Below are positions 8,327-17,720 of a DNA stretch of 53,141 bases, one piece after another. The DNA is from Chitinophagaceae bacterium. GTDB lineage: Bacteria > Bacteroidota > Bacteroidia > Chitinophagales > Chitinophagaceae. The first letter of the stretch is position 1; every line of letters starts with the position of its first letter. The position numbers and the translations under genes are program-made. The notes under the pieces are model-generated. The model did no database searches and was not told where the DNA came from. It worked only from the letters and a program-made list of their open reading frames with translations. The DNA lies in assembly GCA_947489175.1 (NCBI GenBank), contig CANLED010000001.1, positions 1-53,141 of the forward strand, read 5' to 3'.

Positions 8327-10695
8327 TTGATGGATTGTGTTGTTGCCTTAGCAGTTGGTATATATATCTGATTCTCTTTTATCTCTATTGGTTCAATACA
8401 CAAATAAGGCTCTGCATATTTTTCTGAGCTATGATATGCCATAAATAAATTGCCATCTCTCCCTTTAAAAATCGAATGGCTAAATATTACTTGTGTGGGT
8501 GGAGCAAATGCATTGGCTTTAGGATAAGGCATTTGTAATTTTTCATTCGCTTCAGCTTCCAAAAAAGTATACAGTGGTTTTTCTTGTACAAAACGCCATG
8601 GACCAATGGGTGTGTCCGCTATCATATAGCTGATACGTTCAATATAACCTGCTTGAAACTGCGTTAGTAGTAAAAAATAAAATTTGTCATTTTTAAAAAC
8701 AAATGGTGCATCAAGGTATTTGTATTTTTCCTTAAGTACAGTTGGTCCTAACATTTCAATAGGTGGATGATGAATTGTTGTTTTTACGGTATTTAACGTC
8801 GTACAATAAAAAATGCCGTCCAAATCATAATACAGATAAACAGAATCTCCTTCTGCGAACAAAGAAGTATTGTAACCCTCAAACAGTGGTTTATTCTTTG
8901 TCATGATACGATAAGGTCCGGTAATATTATCTGCAACAGCATATCCAAATCCTAATTTTTTATAAGGACGTAACAAGTTATTACCACAATTAAAAGTGAG
9001 AATATAGCTTCCGTTAATTTTATGCAGTTCAGGTGCGGACCATGTATCTTTATACCATACTGAGTCAGGTAAACTATAACGATTGATCAGTAGTTTCTCT
9101 TCCTGCCAATTGACCATATCAGTTGACTTATAAAGCATTACTCCTCTTTTAGGCCAATAAGTATTCGTGTATTCTGTTGCAACTAAATAATAATACCCAT
9201 TCTCCTGGTAAATATGAAAATCTTTTTGACCGTATGAATTTAGGCCATTGCGGATGGGATTGATCCATTTTCTGGTTAGATGGTGATCCATTGAAAATGA
9301 GTGGTCTCTTTTCGAAACAATAAACTGTATATTTTTAACAGAACTGTCATTGATAGTTACCCTGCCCTGTTCAGCATTTTGTAAATACATTCCGTTAATA
9401 CTTACGTTTTCAAACGTTATGTTATTAATGGCACTCATGGAATCAAATCCATTTAAAACACTTAATCGTTTCATAGGATTCCCGTCAGAAGTAGTAACAC
9501 TGATATTTCGAAATGTAATATTTGAAATTCTTCCCAATGTATCTGCTTTGGCCCAGCGGTTCCTCATTATTTGCAGACTGACCAATTTCCAGTCGCTATT
9601 TTCCACTCTTATATCTTCAAACAAATAGTTACTCATGTGACCGCTGCCACCATGAATCGCATCAAAAACCGCTTCATTAGGATTGTCCCATTTATGGTCG
9701 CAGTGTATAACATCACAATCCTTCACAATAAAACCACTATTATTAGAATTCATATTCCAACTTATCTGAAAGGGCGCACCGTTTTCCATTTGCCAAATAG
9801 TAGTACGATACACTTTGTTGCCACTCCTGTAAAGTTTAATGGCATCATCGTTACATTTCAAAAAACAATCTTCGGTTAATCCATCTTCACCAAACGAAAA
9901 TCCATCTGTATTAAACCACCAACCCAATCCTTTTACATTTTTAGCATGGGATCGTTTTCCGCCAGTTGTTATATAATAGCCTGGCGCATCTACCATCGTA
10001 AATCCTTCAAAATATAAATCGGTTGATTGATTGCCCGGAAAATGAATCAATTTACCATGTGTATGACCAAATCTTCTGCCACTTATAATTCCTCTGCCAA
10101 CAATTTTTGCATTGTGTGCATTTTGGCCAACAATATGTGCACTGAGAACAGCGCCGCCTGCTATGTAGAGTGTTTGATTGGCTTTTAAAAATACGGTGTC
10201 CTCTTTATCATGATAGCCGGGGCCATAATACAATACATTATGATCCGTTTGTTTTGGTACATTTTTTTCCAACGGATTTGCAAATATGAGTAGTGGATAT
10301 TTCTGAGAACCGTCAAACTCAACTGCAATATTTCGTGGTTTATCTAAGGTAAAAGAAACTGAATTGCCTTTTTTCAATACCGGAATTTTGTAGGATGATG
10401 GAAGTACCTTGCAATGAGCAAAGGCGGTATCTAACTTTGTAACTGTAACAGTAATTGTTCCTTCGAATGAAAAAATAGAATAAGCAGTATTTTTACTTCT
10501 GTTCTTTTCTGGAAACTGTGCATCGCTTACAAGAACAAGGCTTTTTACTGATTTGCCATTTTGTGTAATAGATATTTCATACTCCTTTGAGACAGGCATT
10601 TGAGATGGTGCAGAATAGGTTATTACCTGGGCACATATAGAAAATGAATTGGCACAAAATCCTATCAAAAATAAAAATTTAAATGACTTTATCAT
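8323..10695 (-). CDS. GH49-like beta-helix domain fused to a C-terminal GH43 beta-propeller
   Basis: N-terminal GWWFNTDG...CNDDAIKLY...WQMENGAPFQISW. From ~aa 475: WINPIR, WSAPELH, GYAVADNITGPY. Confidence 0.82.
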   Translation of the reverse strand: MIKSFKFLFLIGFCANSFSICAQVITYSAPSQMPVSKEYEISITQNGKSVKSLVLVSDAQFPEKNRSKNTAYSIFSFEGTITVTVTKLDTAFAHCKVLPSSYKIPVLKKGNSVSFTLDKPRNIAVEFDGSQKYPLLIFANPLEKNVPKQTDHNVLYYGPGYHDKEDTVFLKANQTLYIAGGAVLSAHIVGQNAHNAKIVGRGIISGRRFGHTHGKLIHFPGNQSTDLYFEGFTMVDAPGYYITTGGKRSHAKNVKGLGWWFNTDGFSFGEDGLTEDCFLKCNDDAIKLYRSGNKVYRTTIWQMENGAPFQISWNMNSNNSGFIVKDCDVIHCDHKWDNPNEAVFDAIHGGSGHMSNYLFEDIRVENSDWKLVSLQIMRNRWAKADTLGRISNITFRNISVTTSDGNPMKRLSVLNGFDSMSAINNITFENVSINGMYLQNAEQGRVTINDSSVKNIQFIVSKRDHSFSMDHHLTRKWINPIRNGLNSYGQKDFHIYQENGYYYLVATEYTNTYWPKRGVMLYKSTDMVNWQEEKLLINRYSLPDSVWYKDTWSAPELHKINGSYILTFNCGNNLLRPYKKLGFGYAVADNITGPYRIMTKNKPLFEGYNTSLFAEGDSVYLYYDLDGIFYCTTLNTVKTTIHHPPIEMLGPTVLKEKYKYLDAPFVFKNDKFYFLLLTQFQAGYIERISYMIADTPIGPWRFVQEKPLYTFLEAEANEKLQMPYPKANAFAPPTQVIFSHSIFKGRDGNLFMAYHSSEKYAEPYLCIEPIEIKENQIYIPTAKATTQSIK

Positions 10696-10771
10696 AACGG
10701 AAAATATTGGATTTAAAATAGAGCTATTGTTACTATTTTACCATTTTTTATCTTGATTTGTCTTGAAAATA

Positions 10772-12400
10772 TTAATAATCATCAAAAGGTAATTTTTCAA
10801 TGTCTGATTTATTAATCCAGTTAAATTTTAAGGACTCACCTTTCATGAAACGTTCATAAAAATTATTATAAACAGCGCCTGGAAATTTTTCATAAATATG
10901 GCCATAACCAAACATACGGTAGTCACCTTCTGATTTAAGCTTACTAAGCAATTCAACCTTCATAGATTCTTCTATTAATTTATATGATGGTTTTCCTGCA
11001 AGATTGATGATACAGTCTGGGTCTTTCCTAATATCATAAAGTTCTACCGCTACCCGATGCCCAAAACATAGTCTCCAGAATTTTTTTTCCACGCCACGCC
11101 TTCGTTGATTTAGGATAAATGTTTTAGTTGCGCCACCATCAGTATTTAAGTATCCCGTTTCAGGATTACATGCAGGCCATCTGTCTGGTTCGTAATTGAT
11201 TAGATACAACATGCCACTTTTATGCAAACCACGAATAGGATATCCCCAATCATTGGGACGACCGATATCATGTCTCTCCTGACCAACCAACACAAAGTTT
11301 CTGGCAGTTTCTACCTGTCCGTTTTTATTGCTATTAAAAATTGTGAACAATGAATTTCCTGCAAAGGGATGCATACCACTTTGCGTTGGTGTAATTCCTG
11401 CTGCCTGTAAAAACGTGGGTGCCAAATCAATAAAACTGATATAATCATCAACTTTTCTACCGGTAGTTTTGATGCCGTTCTTCCACATTACAGCCATGGG
11501 AATATGGTTGGAATTTTCATATTGATTTCCTTTAACCCTTGGAAAAGGCATTCCATGGTCGCTGGTGTAAACAATAATTGTGTTGTCCAACTCACCGCTT
11601 GCAGCCAGGTAATCAAGAATCTTTTGCACTTGCTTATCCATATACTCAATCTCAAAAGCATAGTCGAGTAAATCATTTCGTACGGTATCAGTGTCAGGAA
11701 AGTAACCGGGTACTTTTTTAATACTTGCAGGGTTCTTTTTCCCAACAGATGTACCGGTTCCATATTCATATGCACGGTGCGGTTCATTAAATCCTACCCA
11801 GAAAAACCATGGCTTATTTTGATCGTTTGCCTGATGGAAATATTTAAAATTTGAGGCGTAATCAATGCGACTTATTTCTTTTGTTGGTGGCTGTAGTCTA
11901 AACGTATCGTAGCTTTTAATCAATAAATCCCTTTTTTTTCCGTCATGTGTTAGAGCAAAGCCCGGTTGGTATCCTTTTCCTGTGTAACCTGATTCATATC
12001 CATTCTCTATTAATACTTCAGGAAATGTTTTAAACTGTGGGGGGAAATAAATCCAGTGATTGGCCGCTGCTTCCAACTGCCAACTGTTTCTTCCAGTTAA
12101 AATACAACTGCGGCTCGGTGCACATTTTGCATTGGGTGTATACGCTTTATTAAAGAGGATGCCCTCTTTTGCTACCCTGTCGAAAGCTGGAGTATTGACA
12201 TAGCTGCTACCATAAGCACTAAAATCTATACCTGCATCATCAGCAATTAAAAACAAAATATTTGGCGGTTTTTGTTTACTTGATTTTTTTTGTTCAAAGG
12301 ATAAAGATGTAAATGCTATTACACAAAATAATGCTAGAACCAATTTGGATACGGAGGCATACTTTGTTTGGAATAGTCGGATATAACTGTTATGACTCAT
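10772..12400 (-). CDS. S1 sulfatase (Cys-type; N-sulfoglucosamine sulfohydrolase-like, possibly S1_8)
   Basis: PPNILFLIADD, CAPSRSCILTGR, YTSDHG, ELYDIRKDP. Confidence 0.93.
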   Translation of the reverse strand: MSHNSYIRLFQTKYASVSKLVLALFCVIAFTSLSFEQKKSSKQKPPNILFLIADDAGIDFSAYGSSYVNTPAFDRVAKEGILFNKAYTPNAKCAPSRSCILTGRNSWQLEAAANHWIYFPPQFKTFPEVLIENGYESGYTGKGYQPGFALTHDGKKRDLLIKSYDTFRLQPPTKEISRIDYASNFKYFHQANDQNKPWFFWVGFNEPHRAYEYGTGTSVGKKNPASIKKVPGYFPDTDTVRNDLLDYAFEIEYMDKQVQKILDYLAASGELDNTIIVYTSDHGMPFPRVKGNQYENSNHIPMAVMWKNGIKTTGRKVDDYISFIDLAPTFLQAAGITPTQSGMHPFAGNSLFTIFNSNKNGQVETARNFVLVGQERHDIGRPNDWGYPIRGLHKSGMLYLINYEPDRWPACNPETGYLNTDGGATKTFILNQRRRGVEKKFWRLCFGHRVAVELYDIRKDPDCIINLAGKPSYKLIEESMKVELLSKLKSEGDYRMFGYGHIYEKFPGAVYNNFYERFMKGESLKFNWINKSDIEKLPFDDY

Positions 12401-12553
12401 ATTTTACTTTTTACTGTTCATATTGGTTTGTGAGATAAACCTGAATTTTTTATTGGAACATTTACAAAGCGCGAACAAAACGATATGTAATGGTCCTAAT
12501 TTCTACTCTTATTGATAATGATATATAATTCAGTTTTTTATTTACTAAGGGTA

Positions 12554-12781
12554 TTAATATTTGTTTGTTGTATTAATGGCAAATGTGTGTAATAATGTAT
12601 TTGCTGTCATATGGCATACAATAGCACTGTCTTGTACGAATACCCTTCCTTTACTTCCAATAGTCATCCACCCTTTTAAGGAATGGCCATTGGAAATAAT
12701 TTTCCAGGGTTCATATCTTTGAAAATATCCACTACTAAATTGTAATGCAAAAGCTAATAATATGGCAATGAGACTCTTCAT
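12554..12781 (-). pseudogene. Truncated DUF1080-like gene (5' fragment)
   Basis: Signal peptide, then WKIISNGHSLKGW...FVQDSAIVC...HTF, typical of a DUF1080 N-terminus. Stops at 75 aa. ATGA-coupled to the upstream gene. Confidence 0.6.
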
Positions 12782-13821
12782 TTTTTTATGTTTTCCGATA
12801 TGGCAAAATCAAGAATCAAAATTCCATGACCTATGCCTGTTGTTTCTCCCACAACAGAATATTGAAAAGCCATAAACCTACCATTATCACTTACCACAGG
12901 GTTGGTAGCTTTATATTTTTTTTCTGCATTAAAAAAAGTAATGCGTTCCATATTCCCGCTGCCATCCAAAGACAGTTTATATAAATCTATATAATCCCAA
13001 GTTGTTCTTCCACTATCCCTTTTTGGATAATGACGTGTACTTTCTACCATCATGTATTTACCATCAGGAAAAACACCTTCTGGTTCATCGTATCTATCAG
13101 GTCTGTTGGTATAATTGACTATTTTTCTTGTTTTCAAATCTATTCCCATTACTTCGGCTTCGTATTCAACAGATGGGAAATGGGCATTAAACAATAATTC
13201 ATTCTCTAATGGCGGACGAAAATTTTGTGTTTCTAAGCGCCAACCTTTAAGCGGTAATGGTAAATCATTTGACCTTACTACCGTATCAATATTTACTAAC
13301 CTTGGTGTTCCATTTTCATAAGTAATTTCACCTGTATAAATATCATCTACACCCCAACTAACTTTCAATTTAGTTCTTGATGGAGCGGCGCCCTCTTTTA
13401 TTTTAACATTAAGTGGATGGGGAGGTGAAGACAAATCTTTTTTAAGCACCCATAATTCTGCATTTGCAGGATTTCTGCTTTTCCATGGATTCTTAGGGTC
13501 AAAGTCTTTTGAACCAATGAGCAGATAATCGCCATTGGCCAGGTACATCACTCGTATAAATCCATTATGAAAGAAATGATGCGTTAATGGTTTCAGTTTA
13601 CCTGTGGATACTTCTACTTCAAATGCATCACCAAAGGTTTTTTCCATAAAAGCTATTCGTTTTCCGTCAAGGCTCCAATCGGGCCGTTCACCAAATGTGG
13701 TTATTTGCTTTATGTTAGGCGGTAATGCATTTATAAATGAATCGTTAATAACTTTCATTTGTGCTTGTGCATGGAATATGGCACAATTGACAATAATTAT
13801 GAAACATACTTTTTTTATCAT
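12778..13821 (-). CDS. Secreted TolB/PD40-like beta-propeller protein, function unknown
   Basis: Signal peptide ending AQAQ. Repeats ERPDWSLDGKRIAF, EGVFPDGKYMMV and NPVVSDNGRFMAF. Confidence 0.7.
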   Translation of the reverse strand: MIKKVCFIIIVNCAIFHAQAQMKVINDSFINALPPNIKQITTFGERPDWSLDGKRIAFMEKTFGDAFEVEVSTGKLKPLTHHFFHNGFIRVMYLANGDYLLIGSKDFDPKNPWKSRNPANAELWVLKKDLSSPPHPLNVKIKEGAAPSRTKLKVSWGVDDIYTGEITYENGTPRLVNIDTVVRSNDLPLPLKGWRLETQNFRPPLENELLFNAHFPSVEYEAEVMGIDLKTRKIVNYTNRPDRYDEPEGVFPDGKYMMVESTRHYPKRDSGRTTWDYIDLYKLSLDGSGNMERITFFNAEKKYKATNPVVSDNGRFMAFQYSVVGETTGIGHGILILDFAISENIKK

Positions 13822-13923
13822 ACCCTTTGTTTTCTATTAGAACATTTAGATACATCTATAAAGTTGTCGTTAGCATAAACGACCATACTTTCTTTCTCAT
13901 CACAATAAACTTCGACTTTATTT

Positions 13924-15060
13924 TCATTGAATGTGTATGTTTTGAGTAATATAACTTGGCTTTAATTGCTTAATATTTCCTTCAGAAGTAAAGTCAAGTG
14001 GATCTATCACTAAAAAAGGTTTAGGCTGCTTTCCCTCGTTAGTCTTTAGTATTCCATGACAGCTCAGCCAGATTCTTCCATCAGGCCCAGTAAATATTTG
14101 ATTATGCCCGACTTGATTAAAAGGACTTTTTTCATCACCTGTATACAGTAATCCGTTTCTTTCACAAGTACTTCTATTTTGTGCGCCGTAAAAAGGATTT
14201 CCCTCATACTTTTTCCATGGACCCTTTACTGATATTGAAGTAGCATAACCAATTTCATAACCTCTTGTCCAGCTAGAATAAAAAAGATAATAGATATTGT
14301 TACGCTTAATTACATAAGCGCCTTCAATGCCAATAGCATCCCATGCATGATACTTTTTTACCTTGTTTATGAGGCGACCATCGTTATTAGGCGTTTTTAG
14401 TGTGTCACTATTTATGTCAATATCAAACTCAACTGCTGCAGGTTGAATAGCTGATTGAGGTGTGGTCTTAAAGACTCCATTCAGCAAGTCAATTTCGGCA
14501 AACCCGATTCCAAATTCACGGCCACGATTCCAGAAAGCATATACTTTGCCATCTGTATCTTCAAAAAATGTAAGGTCGTTTCCATTAGCTAATGGTTTTT
14601 CTTCCGTAATAATGGTATAAGGACCTTCTATTTTATCAGCCACTGCATAACCAATGTGCTGCCCCAGAAATCCTGCTTTAGGATTGCTGCAATTAAAAGT
14701 AGCGTAATACTTTCCTTTTATTTTTTGAATCTCCGGCGCCCAAAAGCGACGATAATACCATTTACTGCTATCTCCCCGTTCAATGATATATTGTACAAAC
14801 TCCCATTCGATAATATTTTTAGAACGATACAATACAACACCTTTATTCAGTTTTCCATTTGTTTCTTCCCTTTCCCAATGCGGATACGATGTACCCGTCA
14901 TATACCACCAATCACCATCTTTCAATACCTGGCAATCTCTGATACCATTGGTATCAATACCATTGGAAATGGGGTTGGTATATATAAATACGTTTTGCTG
15001 CGACATACCTACCATTGGCAACAACATCGTCAGCAAAAAATATAGTTTTCGTTTTTTCAT
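13924..15060 (-). CDS. GH43 glycoside hydrolase (single domain)
   Basis: YTNPI, IRDC, FWAPEI, GNDL, IEGAYV, GHNQIFTGPDG. Confidence 0.9.
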   Translation of the reverse strand: MKKRKLYFLLTMLLPMVGMSQQNVFIYTNPISNGIDTNGIRDCQVLKDGDWWYMTGTSYPHWEREETNGKLNKGVVLYRSKNIIEWEFVQYIIERGDSSKWYYRRFWAPEIQKIKGKYYATFNCSNPKAGFLGQHIGYAVADKIEGPYTIITEEKPLANGNDLTFFEDTDGKVYAFWNRGREFGIGFAEIDLLNGVFKTTPQSAIQPAAVEFDIDINSDTLKTPNNDGRLINKVKKYHAWDAIGIEGAYVIKRNNIYYLFYSSWTRGYEIGYATSISVKGPWKKYEGNPFYGAQNRSTCERNGLLYTGDEKSPFNQVGHNQIFTGPDGRIWLSCHGILKTNEGKQPKPFLVIDPLDFTSEGNIKQLKPSYITQNIHIQ

Positions 15061-15071
15061 TCTATTATAAC

Positions 15072-16589
15072 TTATTCAACTCCTGAGTAATGAAAGTTTT
15101 TAAATACCACTGTTCCTTTTCCCGCTGCAAATAATTTTATTTTATAACTGTCTTCTAGCCTTAACCCTTTACCAAATGAAATCCAGCTGACTCCGTCATT
15201 ACTGTAAAAAAGAGAGATGTCTTTCCTTATGTTTTTTATTTTAAAATACACATGGCCTTTTTCGGAAGGATATTTTTCTGCTTCATTCATACGCCAGTCC
15301 GGCCCCTCCGTAAATGTTGCCTTTACACCATCATAGACTACACCATCATTCTCTAAAGCAATGCCAGCTTTTGCACCGGTTGAAGGCATTTGTATTTCAA
15401 TCGTTACTTCAAAACTTTTATGAATAGCTCCAATGGTTACTTGTGTGCCATCTTTATGATTTGATCCGCCTGCAAGTAATTGCAGACGACCATTACCAAT
15501 TTTAATCAGATTCCTTTTTGAATAATCATAATTCCAGAACGGGTGTAATGCGGTGGCAGTAAAATCTTCTTTTATCGCCATGACATTTCCAGATTTATCG
15601 CCAAACTTTGGGTTGGCAATAAATGTAGAAGAAGGAATACCACTTTTAACTACTGGCCATCCGTCCTTCGTCCAATCCACTGGCATAAGCAAAGTTGAAC
15701 GACCAAGCCCCGTAAAGTTTTTTAATCGCGCGTGGTAAACCATCCACCAACTGCCGTCTGGTGCATCAAAGATGGTTCCATGCCCCTGATGCCACCATGT
15801 TTCTTCTTCACTGTAAGTATGTGTAATGGGATTGTAAGGACTGTTTTCCCAAGGACCAATGGCTGATCTGCTTCTTGCCACCACATTCATGTGTGCAGTG
15901 GATGGGCCATTGGTGCCGCCTTGTGCAGAAACCATGTAATAATACCCGTCTTTAAAGAACAACTTAGGGCTTTCCAAACATTTACACTGCACATTCCATT
16001 CCTGCGGATATTGCCATCCATCATACACTTTTTTGACTTCACCTATTGCTTTTGTTCCCGTTGCATCTAACTCAATGACCCAACCTGCACTAAGGTATAA
16101 ATAATTTTTACCCTCGTTGCTGTGAATAAAGCCAGGGTCAATGGCACCCCAATGAGCAACATTTTTGGGAACAGGTATATCAATTTTTACAGGGTCACTC
16201 CATTTACCTGCAGGTTCGGTTGCAGTTACAACAAAATTGCTAAACCCTTTTATACTATCGATTTTTCCAGGGTAATTTTGAATAGGTAAATACAAATGAA
16301 ACTTACCGTTGAAATATTGTAAATCTACCGCCCATACCCTGTTGTAACCTTCAAGAAAAACCCTGTTTACAGGTACCCAATTTACAAGATTTGTTGAGTG
16401 CCAAATGATAAACCCATCACCACGACTATGTGCCATGTAAAAATCATTCTTTACCCGAACAATTGATGGATCACCATAGTTACCGGGAATGATGGGATTA
16501 AGATAATAGCTGTTGCCTTTATCGTGTGATTGAGACATCAACTGAAGCGTAATCATGAAAATTATTATAAACAGATAAAAAGACTTCAT
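15072..16589 (-). CDS. GH43 two-domain beta-xylosidase/alpha-L-arabinofuranosidase type
   Basis: NPIIPGNYGDPSI, WAVD, IDPG, LESPK, GHGTIF and a C-terminal beta-sandwich. ATG at 16589 gives a clean signal peptide; the ORF is open to 16682. Confidence 0.9.
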   Translation of the reverse strand: MKSFYLFIIIFMITLQLMSQSHDKGNSYYLNPIIPGNYGDPSIVRVKNDFYMAHSRGDGFIIWHSTNLVNWVPVNRVFLEGYNRVWAVDLQYFNGKFHLYLPIQNYPGKIDSIKGFSNFVVTATEPAGKWSDPVKIDIPVPKNVAHWGAIDPGFIHSNEGKNYLYLSAGWVIELDATGTKAIGEVKKVYDGWQYPQEWNVQCKCLESPKLFFKDGYYYMVSAQGGTNGPSTAHMNVVARSRSAIGPWENSPYNPITHTYSEEETWWHQGHGTIFDAPDGSWWMVYHARLKNFTGLGRSTLLMPVDWTKDGWPVVKSGIPSSTFIANPKFGDKSGNVMAIKEDFTATALHPFWNYDYSKRNLIKIGNGRLQLLAGGSNHKDGTQVTIGAIHKSFEVTIEIQMPSTGAKAGIALENDGVVYDGVKATFTEGPDWRMNEAEKYPSEKGHVYFKIKNIRKDISLFYSNDGVSWISFGKGLRLEDSYKIKLFAAGKGTVVFKNFHYSGVE

Positions 16590-16712
16590 TTTGATAAAAT
16601 CAGCAGTTATAAAATTTCGAATCATACCAATTAATAATTGTAGACCATTTTGTTGATTCATTATGTATTTGCAATTAGACAATTGATATTGAATGTTTCT
16701 TACATAAAAAGT

Positions 16713-17582
16713 TTACTTATAAAGTCTTCGCAATGATACTGGTAGTTGCTTTATCGGCTCTAGTATAATTCTTCTGTAATACAACTCAGCCCCTTCGCTT
16801 TGCAAAACAATCCTTCCCTTGGTCATAGGTTTTTTGGTTCCGCTATCAGAAACCGATAGATCTTTCAAGTGCATTACTATTATACCATTAACTACATGTA
16901 CACTACTATCTCCGGATGTGTAGACTTCAACGGTGTTCCACTCACCTTGTGGTTTTTCATTATCCGGACTCTTCATACAGCGTGGACGTTTCACTTCATT
17001 ACCAAACCATACATAGTCAGCATTGACAGAGTAAATCCAGTTTGAGTCCTTATATACTGCAGGTATGTGTGCCATCGACTTATCAATTTTCCAGTAATCT
17101 CCACAGTCCCCCTGTTGTATCTGGCATTCCTGTGCCAATGGCCAAACCCTGTTTTGCATTGGCATATCACCAGCATGATAAAGCAACCCAGCATCTCTGG
17201 GCAATTGCAAACGGGGAGCAAATTTTTTTACACCCCATTTGTATTGGAGGGTAATATGGTAGTTTTCATAAGTAGCCTCACTGGTGATAGTGCCAAATAC
17301 CTTACCATTCACAAAAATGGCAGGCTCACCATCCTCACGCACTACTGAAAATACCTTCAAGAAATCCTCATTGCCAATGGGGTTTTTATAGTTGCCGAGG
17401 CTGTCTTTGGGGAGTGAGAGTTGTAATGATTTATGGGGAACCCCGATGTATTTTACCCAGCCGGTAAAATCCTTTCCATTGAAAAGTTCCTGCTTGTTTC
17501 CTTGTTTCTTACTTACCATATTCGAGGACAAGCAACTCACCAAAAAAAGAAGAATACTTGCAGATAAAGTAAGTTTCGACAT
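16713..17582 (-). CDS. DUF1080 (3-keto-disaccharide hydrolase/hydratase family) lipoprotein
   Basis: Lipobox LVSC, LFNGKDFTGW, ECQIQQGDCGD, GEWNT, GRIVLQSEGAELYYR. Confidence 0.88.
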   Translation of the reverse strand: MSKLTLSASILLFLVSCLSSNMVSKKQGNKQELFNGKDFTGWVKYIGVPHKSLQLSLPKDSLGNYKNPIGNEDFLKVFSVVREDGEPAIFVNGKVFGTITSEATYENYHITLQYKWGVKKFAPRLQLPRDAGLLYHAGDMPMQNRVWPLAQECQIQQGDCGDYWKIDKSMAHIPAVYKDSNWIYSVNADYVWFGNEVKRPRCMKSPDNEKPQGEWNTVEVYTSGDSSVHVVNGIIVMHLKDLSVSDSGTKKPMTKGRIVLQSEGAELYYRRIILEPIKQLPVSLRRLYK

Positions 17583-17720
17583 ATAACACGTTAAGATTAC
17601 AATTTACCAGCCATACCAGTAATCAAACTAACTTTTTAATCATTTCTTTTGCTTGAATGTACAAACTGATTAAAAGGGGCAACAGGTATTATATGTGTAG
17701 AGTGTTTAAACTGGATTTTA

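Noticed and set aside
6950-10695. Dextran or pectin PUL based on the GH49/GH28-like genes
   Set aside because: No alpha-glucosidases, pectin lyases, esterases or uronate catabolism are present. Sulfatases and ara genes dominate.
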